From positions 118,827 to 182,826 of the forward strand of contig JAXHNE010000007.1 in the NCBI GenBank assembly GCA_034520885.1: 64,000 nt of DNA. Direction: 5' to 3'. Made by a program: the position numbers and the translations under genes. Positions within the stretch are counted from its first letter, which is position 1, and every line of letters starts with the position of its first letter. The notes under the pieces were generated by a model. It was not told where the DNA came from and made no database searches. It saw nothing but the letters and a program-made list of their open reading frames with translations. Source of the DNA: Candidatus Saccharimonadota bacterium. Its GTDB lineage: Bacteria; Patescibacteriota; Saccharimonadia; Saccharimonadales; JAXHNE01. Below, piece by piece: positions 63,205 to 64,000 of this stretch.

Positions 63205-63654
63205 ATGAGTGAGTTTAGCTATCGTGGGCTTGAAGATTTAGATCTCTGGGACGAAGAAGATCACTTTCTGAGCGATTTATCGGATGCTAGGATGTTAGAG
63301 GAGGCTCGGAGCCTGGGCTTAGGGTACTTGTCAGACGAGCATGACGAACTGTTAGCCGAAGAAGCCGAGACTGACAAATTGTTTGAGGAAACTCTTGCAA
63401 AAATGAACCAGGCAGCAGATCCAATGTCATTTGACGTTTCCGTGCTGCCGGGTCTACTAGACAACTGGATGGGTGGACGCATGGATCCTGAAGTCGCTGA
63501 GCAACTAGCAACAGCGGCCAGAGAAGCCTGGCGTGAAACTTTCCAAGAAGTTGGCGAGTCACCAGACAAGCTCGATGCTTTTAATGATCAACAGGTTGTT
63601 GAAATGATGACAAGTTGGCTAAAATGGCAAAAAGGCGAGCATGACGGCGCCTGA
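63205..63654 (+). CDS. hypothetical acidic protein
   Basis: 149-aa ORF, very Asp/Glu-rich. Confidence 0.45.
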   Translation: MSEFSYRGLEDLDLWDEEDHFLSDLSDARMLEEARSLGLGYLSDEHDELLAEEAETDKLFEETLAKMNQAADPMSFDVSVLPGLLDNWMGGRMDPEVAEQLATAAREAWRETFQEVGESPDKLDAFNDQQVVEMMTSWLKWQKGEHDGA

Positions 63655-64000
63655 GCATGAACCGAGGTTTTTGGATACCGAGCTGGACGTGTGGTACGAC
63701 GACACGGAGCGTTTGACCAAGACGGTTGTTTATTCGGACTTTGACGGAGGATCTCCTGAAAACACCAATCACTTGTCCGACAGAACGCGGTATGTGGTGG
63801 CAGGAGAAGGTGTCATGACGATTTCCGGGGTAGAGATTGCGTTTACGGAGGGTGATGAAGTAATCGTGCCCAAAGGCGTTTCCTCGGTGGTAAAGGGTAA
63901 GGCCAGTATGATTACTACCTTTGAGCCGATTCTTGCTCCGCGTTTTGTTACTTTGGGGGATGAAAAGTTGTCGCGAAAAAATACAAAGTTACTTAAAAGT
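63641..64000 (+). CDS. 5' part of a CDS running off the window (cupin-like beta-barrel signature, tentative)
   Basis: ATG 63641 overlaps the previous stop by 14 nt; open to the window end; YVVAGEGVMTISGVEIAFTEGDEVIVPKG resembles a cupin motif. Confidence 0.4.
   Translation, partial: MTAPEHEPRFLDTELDVWYDDTERLTKTVVYSDFDGGSPENTNHLSDRTRYVVAGEGVMTISGVEIAFTEGDEVIVPKGVSSVVKGKASMITTFEPILAPRFVTLGDEKLSRKNTKLLKS

Noticed and set aside
1815-63772. The many antisense or out-of-frame ORFs (60-200 aa) nested inside uvrB, gatA/B, dnaE, pepN, clpC, PBP1A, recG, tig and other large genes
   Set aside because: They lie entirely within longer ORFs that have clear family signatures, and they show skewed Arg/Ser/Gly/Pro-rich shadow-frame composition.

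Overview
This 64-kb window comes from a compact, tightly packed bacterial genome. About 45 kb is housekeeping: fba plus two PfkB kinases, uvrB, gatCAB, dnaE, pilB-like ATPase, malic enzyme, rplS-rnhB-yraN, pepN, nusA, clpC, radA, PBP1A, tyrS, recG, rsmD, tRNA-Leu, hisS, tig and clpP. The gene content suggests a Candidate Phyla Radiation / Saccharibacteria-like organism; this is inference only. It rests on the class I FBA, gatCAB, CAP/TM2/YtxH small membrane proteins, four-helix-bundle and GIY-YIG selfish-gene remnants, and many start codons sitting directly behind -10 boxes. There are two accessory patches. One is a single-gene cassette at 8.0-9.1 kb, just behind uvrB. The other is a roughly 11-kb, visibly AT-richer island between tRNA-Leu (46.5 kb) and hisS (57.7 kb). 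The island carries a type IIG restriction-modification enzyme translationally coupled to a 7-TM protein, a beta-helix surface protein, an HExxH peptidase, a deaminase, NTF2-like proteins, a SET-NTF2 fusion and an AbrB-like gene. No integrase, transposase, CRISPR array or rRNA was seen. Five non-genic signals stand out. (1) A palindromic repeat built from 11-mers is present in 7 same-orientation copies, only at accessory cassette junctions; two copies sit in ~203-bp duplicated junction modules. (2) Heptanucleotide-periodic tracts occur in at least 10 intergenic spots. (3) Perfect CIRCE (HrcA) operators overlap the promoters of clpC and clpP. (4) Several ORF-free regions are strongly structured: the rplS leader, the yraN-pepN spacer and the pepN-nusA spacer. 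(5) There are short displaced duplicates of gene 3' ends (uvrB, AbrB-like) and a GIY-YIG remnant. Coordinates of non-coding features were read by eye and may be off by 1-2 nt. No database search or folding computation was possible.
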